Shown here: positions 9,122 to 18,800 of the stretch, one piece after another | Numbering within the stretch: position 1 is the first letter of the stretch | Layout of the letters: the number at the start of each line of letters is the position of its first letter | Assembly (NCBI GenBank): GCA_963722365.1 | Contig: CAVRLM010000009.1 | Span: 188,861 to 252,860, forward strand | DNA from: an uncultured Acidobacteriaceae bacterium | Lineage (GTDB): Bacteria > Acidobacteriota > Terriglobia > Terriglobales > Acidobacteriaceae | Direction: 5' to 3' | DNA: 64,000 nucleotides | The notes under the pieces: generated by a model | What the model was told of the DNA's origin: nothing | The model's database searches: none | Seen by the model: only the letters and a program-made list of their open reading frames with translations | Translations under genes and position numbers: made by a program

Positions 9122-9682
9122 ATGCTGATTTCTCCTGTAGTAATTGGAATCATCGTTGCAGCTCTTGTGCTGATATGGCTGATCGCCGTCTTCAACGGCC
9201 TGGTCGCTCTCCGCAACCGCGTGCAAAATGCCTGGGCGCAAATTGACGTTCAGCTAAAACGACGCCACGATCTGATTCCCAATCTTGTCGAGACGGTGCG
9301 CGGATACATGCAACACGAGAGGTCGGTCTTTGATGCGGTTACCGAGGCCCGTGCACAGGCGATCGTCGCCGGCAGCAACATTCCGGTGCGAACTGCAGCC
9401 GAGTCGGCACTCAGCGGAGCGCTCGGAAAGCTTTTCGCCATGGCGGAGAATTACCCGCAGCTGCGTGCCGTTGAGAACTTTCAGATATTGCAGGAAGAGC
9501 TCACTTCGACGGAAAACCGCATCGCCTATGCCCGGCAGTGCTACAACGACGAAGTCATGAAGTACAACACCACCCAATCCACATTCCCGCGCAACCTTTT
9601 CGTCAGGATGCTCGGATTTTCACCCGCGAGCATGTTCGCCGGAATGGATGCTGATCGCGCCGAGGTGTACGTCAAACTGTGA
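9122..9682 (+). CDS. lemA: LemA family protein
   Basis: N-terminal TM followed by LVALRNRVQNAWAQIDVQLKRRHDLIPNLVETVRGY...ENYPQLRA...FQ.LQEEL..TENRIAYAR..YN, the LemA signature. Confidence 0.9.
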   Translation: MLISPVVIGIIVAALVLIWLIAVFNGLVALRNRVQNAWAQIDVQLKRRHDLIPNLVETVRGYMQHERSVFDAVTEARAQAIVAGSNIPVRTAAESALSGALGKLFAMAENYPQLRAVENFQILQEELTSTENRIAYARQCYNDEVMKYNTTQSTFPRNLFVRMLGFSPASMFAGMDADRAEVYVKL

Positions 9683-9830
9683 TCAGCATTGATTGCGAGA
9701 GAGTCAATGCCGTCCGGTCTCGCTCAAATATTGATGGAAGAAGCTGACAGTCTTGTCGTCCCTCTCGTGTCTCACGTTTCAGAATGTTCGACAATCTGTG
9801 CAGTATTCGCTCTATCAAGGAGAGACGACA

Positions 9831-10042
9831 ATGTCGCACAGACATCAACGCGGCTGGCTAAAGAAGGAAAAGCGCGCGCAAGGCGAAACCTGGGTTTTCG
9901 CCACAGCGACGTCAAGCTGACGCTTCAGTTCTACACCCACGCAGTCAGCCGCGATCGCATGGTCGCAGCGGGGAAAATGCTAACGGCGATTCTCAGCCAT
10001 GCGCCAGACAAGAACGGACGAAACGGACTGACAGCGGACTGA
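9831..10042 (+). pseudogene. Tyrosine integrase remnant: ~23 N-terminal codons fused out of frame to the last ~50 codons
   Basis: ATG at 9831 gives MSHRHQRGWLKKEKRAQGETWVF (a typical integrase N-terminus), then a stop. Frame +2 continues with RHSDVKLTLQFYTHAVSRDRMVAAGKMLTAIL (the catalytic-Tyr C-terminal block), ending at TGA 10040-10042. It lies on the 3' side of tRNA-Phe. Confidence 0.65.
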
Positions 10043-10137
10043 ATTGGAAGACAGTTCGAGATAAGTTCTTCTAGGACATGGAGGTATGCGTTGGTCTCCT
10101 TGCTCCACTTTCTAGATGCGGACTGAGAGCGGACTGG
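10024..10137. repeat. Four copies of CGGACTG(A/G) arranged as two 11-nt-spaced pairs between the integrase remnant and tRNA-Phe
   Basis: Copies at 10024-10031, 10035-10042, 10119-10126 and 10130-10137 (the last is CGGACTGG). Confidence 0.6.
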
Positions 10138-10176
10138 AAAGTCACCGAAGTGAGTAACGCAAGTCCTTTAGAATGA

Positions 10177-10252
10177 TGGTGGCCAGGGACGGAGTTGAAC
10201 CGCCGACGCCAGCCTTTTCAGGGCTGCGCTCTACCACCTGAGCTACCTGGCC
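10177..10252 (-). tRNA. tRNA-Phe (GAA), CCA encoded
   Basis: Reverse complement: GGCCAGG-TA-GCTC-AGGTGGTA-GAGC-G-CAGCC-CTGAAAA-GGCTG-GCGTC-GGCGG-TTCAACT-CCGTC-CCTGGCC-A-CCA. Full cloverleaf, anticodon GAA. Confidence 0.93.
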
Positions 10253-10522
10253 ACGTTTCGAAACCCGCTATCCGCGGGCTGCGAGGAGTGTTCGCTTCAC
10301 GCTGTTTGTGGCGGGAATCGCTGCCGAAGGAAATTCTTCGCCTTCAGAAGCGCTTGGAACGAATCCGATTATAACAACCGCGAGGATTTCCCTCAACGCT
10401 CTCTCTGTCTTTTTCCGTGAACTCACCGACGCAGCCACGGAATCTCGGGAGCTCTACTGGACTCAGGGAATATTGAACTCTCACCTACCCAGCATCATCC
10501 GCGTGAATCCGTGGCCGGATCT

Positions 10523-12034
10523 CTACTTGGCGAAGCTCTTCACAAACTCCACCAGACTCCGCAACGCAATCCCGGACGGTCCTTTCGCGATCCATGGCTT
10601 TTGATCTTCCATCCACGCCGTACCCGCGATGTCGAGATGGATCCACGGCGTCTCTTCCGCAAATTCCTTTAGGAACATTGCAGCTGTCACCGCGCCTCCC
10701 CAGCGTCCGCCGGAATTCACGATGTCGGCAATCGATGAGCGAATCTGCTCTTTGTATTCGTCGTCGAGCGGCATGCGCCACATCTTTTCGCCGGCCTTGG
10801 CGTTGGCGTCGTGGAAGCGGTTGTACATATCGTCGTCATTGGCAAAAATTCCGGCGTTGTTGTAACCCAGAGCCACTACGACCGCCCCCGTCAGCGTGGC
10901 GGCGTCTACCAGATGCGTGCAGCCCAGTTGTCGCGCGTAATAGAGACCATCCGCCAGCACGAGGCGGCCCTCGGCATCGGTGTTGATGATCTCAATTGAC
11001 TTGCCCGACATGGCAATCTGTACGTCGCCGGGCTTCTGCGCTTTTCCCGAAGGCATGTTTTCCGTCGCGCACACGATGCCGATGACTTTGACCTTCGGCT
11101 TCAGCAGCGCAATCGCGCGCATGGCACCGATCATTGTGGCCCCACCGGCCATGTCGTACTTCATCTTCTCCATGCCGTCGGCCGGCTTGATCGAAATGCC
11201 TCCCGTATCAAAAGTAATTCCCTTCCCGACAAGTCCCAGCATCGGTTTTTCGGGCGCGCCAGCCGGTTCATATTTCATGACAATCAGCGCGGGTGGCTCG
11301 TCGGACCCTTGAGCGACGCTCCAGAATGCCCCCATCTTCATCTCTTTAATCTTGTCGGCGCCAAATACTTCACACTTCAGGCCGACTTCGGCGCACATCT
11401 TCTTTGCGCGATCGGCAAGAATCGTTGGTGTCATGCGATTGGAGGGTTCATTCACCAGGTCGCGGGTAAAGTTTTGCGAGTCGCCGATGACTTGCGCTTC
11501 GTTCGCGACTCTTTCGAGAGCCGCCTTGTCGCCACTTGCGATGACGGTCAGCGCATCGATTTTCTGGTCCTTGCGATCGCTGCGGTAGTAGTCGGGGTCG
11601 AAGTTTCCAACGTGCGCGCCTTCCACAATCGCGCGCACGGCCTCCTCGGCGGGAATGCCAGGCGGAGCGATGAATGCGAAACTGCGGATTCCGCGCGACT
11701 TAAGCGCCCGCACCGCAGCTCCCGCAACGCGGCGCAAATCGTAGCTGGAGAATTTCTTTGCGGTCCCGCCGCTAATCAGGAGCAACCGTTTCGCCTTCAC
11801 GTTGGCGGGCTTGTGTAGCAGATTGGTTTCGAACGCCTTACCCGCAACTTCACCACTCGCAAGCAAGTCAGCCGCGACAGACTGCACGATAGGATCGTTG
11901 GTGGCGACTCTCAGTTGCGGCTTCTTGTCTTTCTCTTTTTCGTTCGGTGCTGGCTCGGCGTGATCGAGCACCACCGCAACCAGCGATTCGGTTTCGAGTT
12001 CAGCGGGCGTAGAGAGGGAAATTGTTGTCTTCAT
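10523..12034 (-). CDS. pepA: Leucyl aminopeptidase (M17)
   Basis: 503 aa. NTDAEGRLVLADGL signature and VGKGITFDTGGISIKP block. Confidence 0.93.
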   Translation of the reverse strand: MKTTISLSTPAELETESLVAVVLDHAEPAPNEKEKDKKPQLRVATNDPIVQSVAADLLASGEVAGKAFETNLLHKPANVKAKRLLLISGGTAKKFSSYDLRRVAGAAVRALKSRGIRSFAFIAPPGIPAEEAVRAIVEGAHVGNFDPDYYRSDRKDQKIDALTVIASGDKAALERVANEAQVIGDSQNFTRDLVNEPSNRMTPTILADRAKKMCAEVGLKCEVFGADKIKEMKMGAFWSVAQGSDEPPALIVMKYEPAGAPEKPMLGLVGKGITFDTGGISIKPADGMEKMKYDMAGGATMIGAMRAIALLKPKVKVIGIVCATENMPSGKAQKPGDVQIAMSGKSIEIINTDAEGRLVLADGLYYARQLGCTHLVDAATLTGAVVVALGYNNAGIFANDDDMYNRFHDANAKAGEKMWRMPLDDEYKEQIRSSIADIVNSGGRWGGAVTAAMFLKEFAEETPWIHLDIAGTAWMEDQKPWIAKGPSGIALRSLVEFVKSFAK

Positions 12035-12159
12035 AAATTTTAGGAATACTTCCAGTATCGTCGGCCAGGCACAGATTAGGCAAGCCTTCCCGAGGCTAAG
12101 TGGCAGTATTCGAGGCCTGTGGGATATGATTCATGCCGCAGCCCTACAGGTGAGGTTTC

Positions 12160-14229
12160 ATGCAGATTCGATGGAAGATTGTGTTTTGTGCAGCCGTCCT
12201 AGCCCTCGCATTCACCGCATTCATGAGCCGCAACACCACCACGGCAGCCACGCCCCAGGCTGCGGCTCCCGCAGTCGCCCATGCATCGCCGAGCAACGTC
12301 GCCGCGACGACCGGACTTTCGATTCCCGACACCACGACAGCCATCAACTCCGACAAGCCCATGTCGCAGCGCGTCGTGCACTACGAGATCGATGCCAAAT
12401 ATGACGCCGGAAAACACACTATCGATGCAACCGAAACTCTGACCTACCACAATCTGACTGGCCAGGCCCTCGACCACTTCCCTTTCCATCTTTATCAGAA
12501 CGCCTTTCAACCCAAGTCCACCTGGATTCGAGAGGCCAAGCTTGAGGGTAGTCGCGACGTAGCCTACGAAAAGTGGGAGGACAAACTGTATGGCTCAGAA
12601 GACATCAAGAACATTGAGGTTGTAGGCCAAGGCGACGTCACGGGGCAATTGCAGTTCGTCGCCCCAGACGACGGTAATAAAGATGATAAGACCGTCGTAG
12701 ACGTTCATGTGTCCAAGGCCATCCCTCCGGGCGCATTTGTACAGTTTAAGATTGCATTTCAGACCAAGCTTCCCGAGACGCAGGCTCGATCGGGCTGGAA
12801 GCGCGATTTCGTACTCGGCGGACAGTGGTTTCCCAAAGTCGGCGTCTGGTGGAATGGATCGTGGAACTGCCATCAATATCACGCCACCACCGAATTCTTT
12901 GCCGATTTCGGTGTCTACGACGTGAGCCTTACGGTCCCGCAATTTGAAGTTGTCGGTGCCAGCGGAATCCTGGTCAACGAGAAAAACAACTCCGACAACA
13001 CCAAGACCCTCACCTATCACGGCGATGACATTCACGACTTTGCCTGGACGGTCAGCCCTCGCTACAAAGTTCGTGAAAGCGAATATCAGTCACAGATGGG
13101 GCCGATCAAATTGCGCTTCCTCATGCAACCCGCTCACTGGAGTCAAGCCGAACGCCATGAGCGAATCACCCGGCAAACCCTCGATCATTTTGAAAAGTGG
13201 TATGGCCCCTATCCCTATAAGACGCTCACCGTAGTCGATCCGGAACCGGACTCGGCGGCCGGCGGCATGGAATACCCGACTTTCATCACCGGCGATTCCA
13301 GTTGGTTCATGCCGGCGGGCCTGTACTTGCCGGAGATAGTCGTGGAGCACGAGTTCGGACATCAGTATTGGTACGGGATGGTCGCGACCAACGAATTCGA
13401 AGATGCCTGGATGGACGAAGGAATTAACAGCTACACAGAAGTCAAAGTGCTGGATTCAATTCTGGGTCAGAATACGTCCATCCTCAACATCGCCGGAATT
13501 ACGGTAGGCGAACGCGAACAACAGCGGCTCGGCTATCTCAGCGTGGCTGATCGCGATGCCTTGGCTCAAAAAGCCTACAACTATTCCAGCTTCGGATCCT
13601 ATGCCGGCGTTACCTACGGCAAAACCGCCAGCGTCTTGCTGACTCTGGAAGGCATCATCGGCCAGGACATGATGGCCAAAGCCATGCACACTTACTTCAT
13701 GAAATACCGGTTCACTCACCCGGTAAAAGAAGATTTCCTGAAGACCATCGAGGAAGTCTCCGGCAAAGATCTCCGCTGGTATTTCAACCAGGCCGTGTAC
13801 GGCTCTCAAGTCATGGACTATGAAATCCTCAAAGTCGATTCCTTCCCGGCCGAGTGGTATCTCGAAAAGAAGGACAAGAAAGACGCAAAGAAGAACGGGA
13901 AGGATGACACCCTCTACCAGTCCTACGTAACCCTCCACCGCAAGGAAGATTTCATCATGCCTGTCGAGGTGGAGATCAAGTTCGATAACGACGAAAAAAT
14001 TCGCGAGCACTGGGACGGACAGAGCCGCTGGACCCGGTTCAGCTATCTGAAAAAAGCAAAAGTGGTCTCCGCGGAAATCGATCCCGACCACACCGTGCAA
14101 ATCGATCGCAACAACTTCAACAACAGTTACAGGGTCGAACCCAACAGCAAAGCCTCGCACAAAGTAGCGAATTACTTCCTGTTCATCACTCAATTCGTAA
14201 GCCAGGCCTTGGGATGGTGGGCGGTATAA
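12160..14229 (+). CDS. M1-family zinc metallopeptidase, secreted or membrane-associated
   Basis: Signal-like N-terminus. VVEHEFGHQYWYGMVATNEFEDAWMDEGINSY gives HExxH plus a distal E. Confidence 0.85.
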   Translation: MQIRWKIVFCAAVLALAFTAFMSRNTTTAATPQAAAPAVAHASPSNVAATTGLSIPDTTTAINSDKPMSQRVVHYEIDAKYDAGKHTIDATETLTYHNLTGQALDHFPFHLYQNAFQPKSTWIREAKLEGSRDVAYEKWEDKLYGSEDIKNIEVVGQGDVTGQLQFVAPDDGNKDDKTVVDVHVSKAIPPGAFVQFKIAFQTKLPETQARSGWKRDFVLGGQWFPKVGVWWNGSWNCHQYHATTEFFADFGVYDVSLTVPQFEVVGASGILVNEKNNSDNTKTLTYHGDDIHDFAWTVSPRYKVRESEYQSQMGPIKLRFLMQPAHWSQAERHERITRQTLDHFEKWYGPYPYKTLTVVDPEPDSAAGGMEYPTFITGDSSWFMPAGLYLPEIVVEHEFGHQYWYGMVATNEFEDAWMDEGINSYTEVKVLDSILGQNTSILNIAGITVGEREQQRLGYLSVADRDALAQKAYNYSSFGSYAGVTYGKTASVLLTLEGIIGQDMMAKAMHTYFMKYRFTHPVKEDFLKTIEEVSGKDLRWYFNQAVYGSQVMDYEILKVDSFPAEWYLEKKDKKDAKKNGKDDTLYQSYVTLHRKEDFIMPVEVEIKFDNDEKIREHWDGQSRWTRFSYLKKAKVVSAEIDPDHTVQIDRNNFNNSYRVEPNSKASHKVANYFLFITQFVSQALGWWAV

Positions 14230-14300
14230 AGATTCAGCGTTCCGGTATTTGGAACCAATCGTCTTAAAGAACTGAGTGGATGATTTGAGGACACTGACGC

Positions 14301-15272
14301 ATGACTGAGAAAAAGGGTCTCTTGAGCAGCGGATTGAGTATGGTCTTACGCAACAAGCGCTATATCGTCTGGTTCTATGTGCTGAACCTTTTTCTTGCCC
14401 TGTTCGGCACGGTCGCCTTTGTGAATCAGGCCGGATCCATCCTCGACCACAGCCTGCAGTCGCAGCGCCTGGTGCATGGCTTCTCGCTCGGAGTGTTTAT
14501 TGAGATGCTCGCGCGTCCAGAATTCGGACCGACCATGGCCTCCCGCGGGCCAGCCATGTTCTTTGCCCTGCTTTTTATGATCGCGACCGCGCTCTTCCTG
14601 CCCGGCGTATTTCAGGGATACGCATCCACCTACCGCCTGCCGCGGGAAGATTTCTTCCGCGCCTGCGGAAGAAATCTCTGGCGCTTCATCCGCCTGCTGA
14701 TCATTTCAGGCATCGTGATGATCCTTGTCACGATTGCGCTGTTTAGCCTGCATGGATTTCTTGAGCGCAAGGCCGGCGAAAGCACCAACGAACTTCTGCT
14801 GCCCGAGGTACGCTTCATCGGTCTCGGCGTGATCTTCCTGATCATGACGGTTTTCCGCATCTGGTTCGATTTAGCCGAGGCAGACATTGTTTTGGAAGAT
14901 CAGCGTGCGGTGCGCAAGTCGATTCTCGCAGGCTTGCGACACACGTGGCGCGGCTTGGCTCGTTTGCTCGGCAGCTACGTTGTCACTGCCATCGTAGCGA
15001 CTCTCATTCTGGCCGCAGGGCTGCTGTTCTGGGAGCATTTCGTGCCCTCCGCCAGCGTAGGGGGCGCATTTCTAATGGCGCAATTCACTCTCCTGCTGCT
15101 TCTGATACCGCGTTTTTGGCAGCGTGGCATCGCGGTTTCCTACTGGCAGCAGTACATGCTGATGCCGGTCGTTGTCGTCGAGCCAGTCGAACCTGCACCG
15201 GTTCCAGTTGCCGCGATCCCCGAAGCTTCGCCGGTAATTCCGAATTTGCCTCCCGCCCCGCAAGGAGCTTGA
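14301..15272 (+). CDS. Hypothetical polytopic membrane protein
   Basis: 323 aa with several long hydrophobic segments and a Pro-rich C-terminus. No domain recognised. Confidence 0.6.
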   Translation: MTEKKGLLSSGLSMVLRNKRYIVWFYVLNLFLALFGTVAFVNQAGSILDHSLQSQRLVHGFSLGVFIEMLARPEFGPTMASRGPAMFFALLFMIATALFLPGVFQGYASTYRLPREDFFRACGRNLWRFIRLLIISGIVMILVTIALFSLHGFLERKAGESTNELLLPEVRFIGLGVIFLIMTVFRIWFDLAEADIVLEDQRAVRKSILAGLRHTWRGLARLLGSYVVTAIVATLILAAGLLFWEHFVPSASVGGAFLMAQFTLLLLLIPRFWQRGIAVSYWQQYMLMPVVVVEPVEPAPVPVAAIPEASPVIPNLPPAPQGA

Positions 15273-15281
15273 TCGCGGGCT

Positions 15282-15620
15282 TCACAGCAGGACGAGCGTA
15301 ATCCCTTGATTGCGACGGCCGAGGTCCGCATCGCCCTTCGCGGTCGGATGCGCCTGCAACAGGCGCCATGTTTCTTCGTCTGATTTTGACCAGTTCTCGC
15401 CAAAAATGCAGCCGCGAATCTGCCCCGACTCAGTAAGTTGATGCAGCCGCTTTTGCACCGCAATGCGAATGTCGCCGCCAACCCCTGTCGATCCGTAGCC
15501 GTGGACAACTTTCAACAGGCGTAAGCCTTCCTTCCGCGCAAGCGCAAGCTCGCGATCGAGACGCTGCAGTGCCTCTTCGACCTGAGGCATATCCGACTTG
15601 AGATTCACGGTCTTGATCAC
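15282..15620 (-). CDS. Smr domain protein (start uncertain)
   Basis: ...VIKTVNLKSDMPQVEEALQRLDRELALARKEGLRLLKVVHGYGSTGVGGDIRIAVQKRL... resembles an Smr/MutS2 C-terminal fold. The upstream part of ORF 15282..15827 is Arg-rich junk, so I chose GTG 15620. Confidence 0.55.
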   Translation of the reverse strand: MIKTVNLKSDMPQVEEALQRLDRELALARKEGLRLLKVVHGYGSTGVGGDIRIAVQKRLHQLTESGQIRGCIFGENWSKSDEETWRLLQAHPTAKGDADLGRRNQGITLVLL

Positions 15621-15849
15621 GCTCCCCCGCTTCGTTTCAGCCCATTGTAAGGGTTCATTCAGAACTGGGACCTTGGAGTCGCGGGTGCACCATTTCTTGC
15701 GCGTTTTTTTTTGCGCGAGAAATGCGGATTTTCGACAGCGCGAAGTCGGAGGGATAGGGACTTCAAGAGACCGTAACCAGTCCGTTCGATACAAAAAGTG
15801 GCGCCGCATTCGCATGCGGCGCCACAATCGTTTCCCTGCAGTGAGTGCT

Positions 15850-18800
15850 TTAGTTCACGGCGAAGATCAAATCGTCGTGATCGTCATAGGCTCCCGTGCT
15901 GCACGAAGACGCGCTTCCCTGGTATCGGAAGTTCGCCCTCACAGCCTGCAACGCGCCGGTTGGCAACGTGTACGTCGCGGACAGCGGCTGCGCTCCTCCC
16001 GCCGGTGGCACGATCGTTCCAATGAACACCCACATCGGACTGTTCGCATTGGCTGCGTAGTACAGATCGAGAGAGTCAGACGATCCAGTACTCCAAGCCC
16101 ATACCGTCGCGGTGACTTTCACGGTTTGCCCGTGCGTCATCGTTCCGCCTCCCGTGGATGCGACCATGATGCGATCATTGGATTCATCGGAGTGGAATGT
16201 TCCCGAGGAACCGTCTGCGCACGAGCCATTGATGTTGTTGGGTTGATTCGGCTCCGCGCCTCCCGACATCGTGTCGCGTCCCAGCAGCAGCGTCGTTCCT
16301 GAGTCGCAGGACGAACCGGCCGTCGCGCATTTCGGAGCCTTCAGAGTCGTATCGAAGACCGCCGTTTGCGCGCCGCCTGTGGAGCTCACCGTTAGCGTGA
16401 TGTTGGCCGTGGCCGTGGTTGTGCCCGACGTCCCAGTTACAGTAACCGTGCTCGTCCCGGTCGTGGCGGTTGGTGATGCGGTGAACGTTAGGGTTGAAGT
16501 TGCACTGCCGTTCGCGGGCGGCGTTACCGGATTCGGAGCAAATCCTGCCGTCACTCCCGAGGGCAAGCCCGAGACACTCAGCGTTGTGGCCGAGTTGAAG
16601 CCGTTCTGACTGGTGACTGTGATCGTGCTGTTGGCGGTTGAGCCCTGCGTCACGCCGACCGAACTCGGAGCGGCAGAGACGGTGAAGCCCGGGGTTCCTG
16701 CGCCCACGGCGAAAATCAGATCGTCGTGATCGTTGTACGCTCCCGTCGTGCAAGAGGACGCGCTTCCCTGGTAACGGAACTGCGCCCGCACCGCCTGCAG
16801 CGTCCCGCTGGGCAACGTGTAGTTTGCCGAAAGCGTTTGCGCTCCCGCTGCTGTCGGCGTCAGCGTTGCGATCAACACCCACGTCGGACTGCTCGCGTTC
16901 GCGGCATAGTACAAGTCAAGATGGTCTGAAGTGAATCCGCTGTACGCCCAGACCGTTGCACTCACCTTGACCGTCTTACCGGCAGCTAGACCGCTGCCGT
17001 CTGTAGTCGCAATCACCAGCCGATCATTCGACTCATCGGAGTGGTATGTTCCCGATGTGCCGTCAGCGCAGCTGCTGTTGATCGTGTTTGGCTGATTCGG
17101 CTCGGACCCACCCGACAGCGTATCGCGGCCAAGCAGCAGCGATGGACCTGAATCGCATCCCGACGCCGCATTTACGCACTTCGGAGCCTTCAGCGTCGAA
17201 TCGTAAACGGCTGTCTGTAATCCGACGGACGAATTGACCGTAAGAGCGATGGTTGTGCTGTGTGACAACGTGCCGGAAGTCCCCGTTACTGTGACAGTGG
17301 CTGCCCCGGTAGTTGCGGTGGCGGAAGCCGTCAGTGTCAGCGTGGAAGTAGCGCTGCCATTGGCCGGAGGAGTTACCGGATTCGTCGAAAACGCTGCAGT
17401 CACTCCGCTTGGCAGGCCGGTCGCGCTGAGTGTGGTCGCTGAACTGAAGCTGTTCTGACTGGTGATGGTGACCGTGCTCGTTCCGTTCCCTCCTTGAGTC
17501 ACGGTTACCGACGACGGCGACGCACCAATCGTAAAGTTCGGCTGCGCCGTCGCATTTACGGTCAAGGCGAGCGTCGTGGAATGAGTCGTCGAACCCGACG
17601 TCCCCGTGATAGTCACGGTCGAACTGCCCGTCGTAGCCGAAGATGATGCCGTTAAGGTCAGCACGGATGTTCCGCTTCCATTCGCCGGTGGCGTCACCGG
17701 ATTCGTCGAGAACGCCGCCGTCACACCGCTGGGCAGGCCTGAGGCACTCAGCGTGGTCGCCGAATTAAATCCGTTCAAACTCGTGATCGTGATCGTGCTG
17801 GTTCCGTTGCCACCTTGTGTCACGGTCACCGACGATGGCGCAGCTCCGATCGTGAAGTCGGGCGTCGACGTCGTGCCGCAGCCCGGGAATTTGAAATTCG
17901 CAATGCGCGTATTCCAGTTAAAGCTTCCCGTTGTTTTCATGTACTCTTCGGTGAACCAGAAAGTACAGTCATCGACGGGATCGACCTGCATGGCACTGTA
18001 GTCGCCCCACCGTGACAGGCTCCCGGTTTGCGAGCCGCTGCCGCTGACGATACTCACCTCCGATTCCAGCGTGCTCGCCGGATCTGTCGGCACGCGTCCC
18101 GCGAAGCGGATCGACGGTGAAACCGTGCTGCTCGCCAGGCTGTAGCCCAATGCCAAGTCTCCCGCCTGGTCCATTGCGACCGAACCCATCCAGCGGTAGT
18201 TGGAATCCGGAGCAAACGTACTCTGCTGCGCAACTACCGGCGTGCCCGAGGGATTCTGGATCTCGTACCAGCGAACTCCGCCTCCCGAACCCGCAACCAC
18301 CGAATGATTCACCACCAACGACTCGTGCGTCCCGAAGTTGCGGTACGCCAACCGGTACATCAGCCGGTCAGCCAGTGAATCAAGTTTTTGCGTAGTGCTC
18401 GGCTGTGGAACGCAGGTGCCGCCTGCACACAGCGGGCTGAAGGCTGCGACGTTAATCACAGTCGGTCCCGTAAACGTGGAGTTCGCCGTGTTCACAAAGT
18501 CCACGTGGAACTTGTACAAGTTCAAAGTATTCGTGCCGAAATACATCAAGTAGTTTGGAGAACCTGCCGGCGGCGCGGTAGTGCCGTCAATATCCGCAGG
18601 CAGCAAACCTCCAACCGAAGTGCCCTGCTGGAAGCAAACCTGGGTGGCGGCTGTGCCAGCGAGCATGGCCGCGCGATTGTAAGCGCAAGCATCTGCCCCA
18701 ACGAACGTCGTGCCGCCCGCGAACATGTTGAAGGTCTCGTAGTAAGCGTCTGACCACACGCTCATCTTTGGATAATCATCGAAATTCGAATATTGGAAGG

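Noticed and set aside
10264-10278. Hairpin CCCGC-tatcc-GCGGG as the pepA terminator just upstream of tRNA-Phe
   Set aside because: The stem is only 5 bp. On the minus strand it is followed by just TTT, and it lies 240 nt from the pepA stop. This is too weak to annotate.
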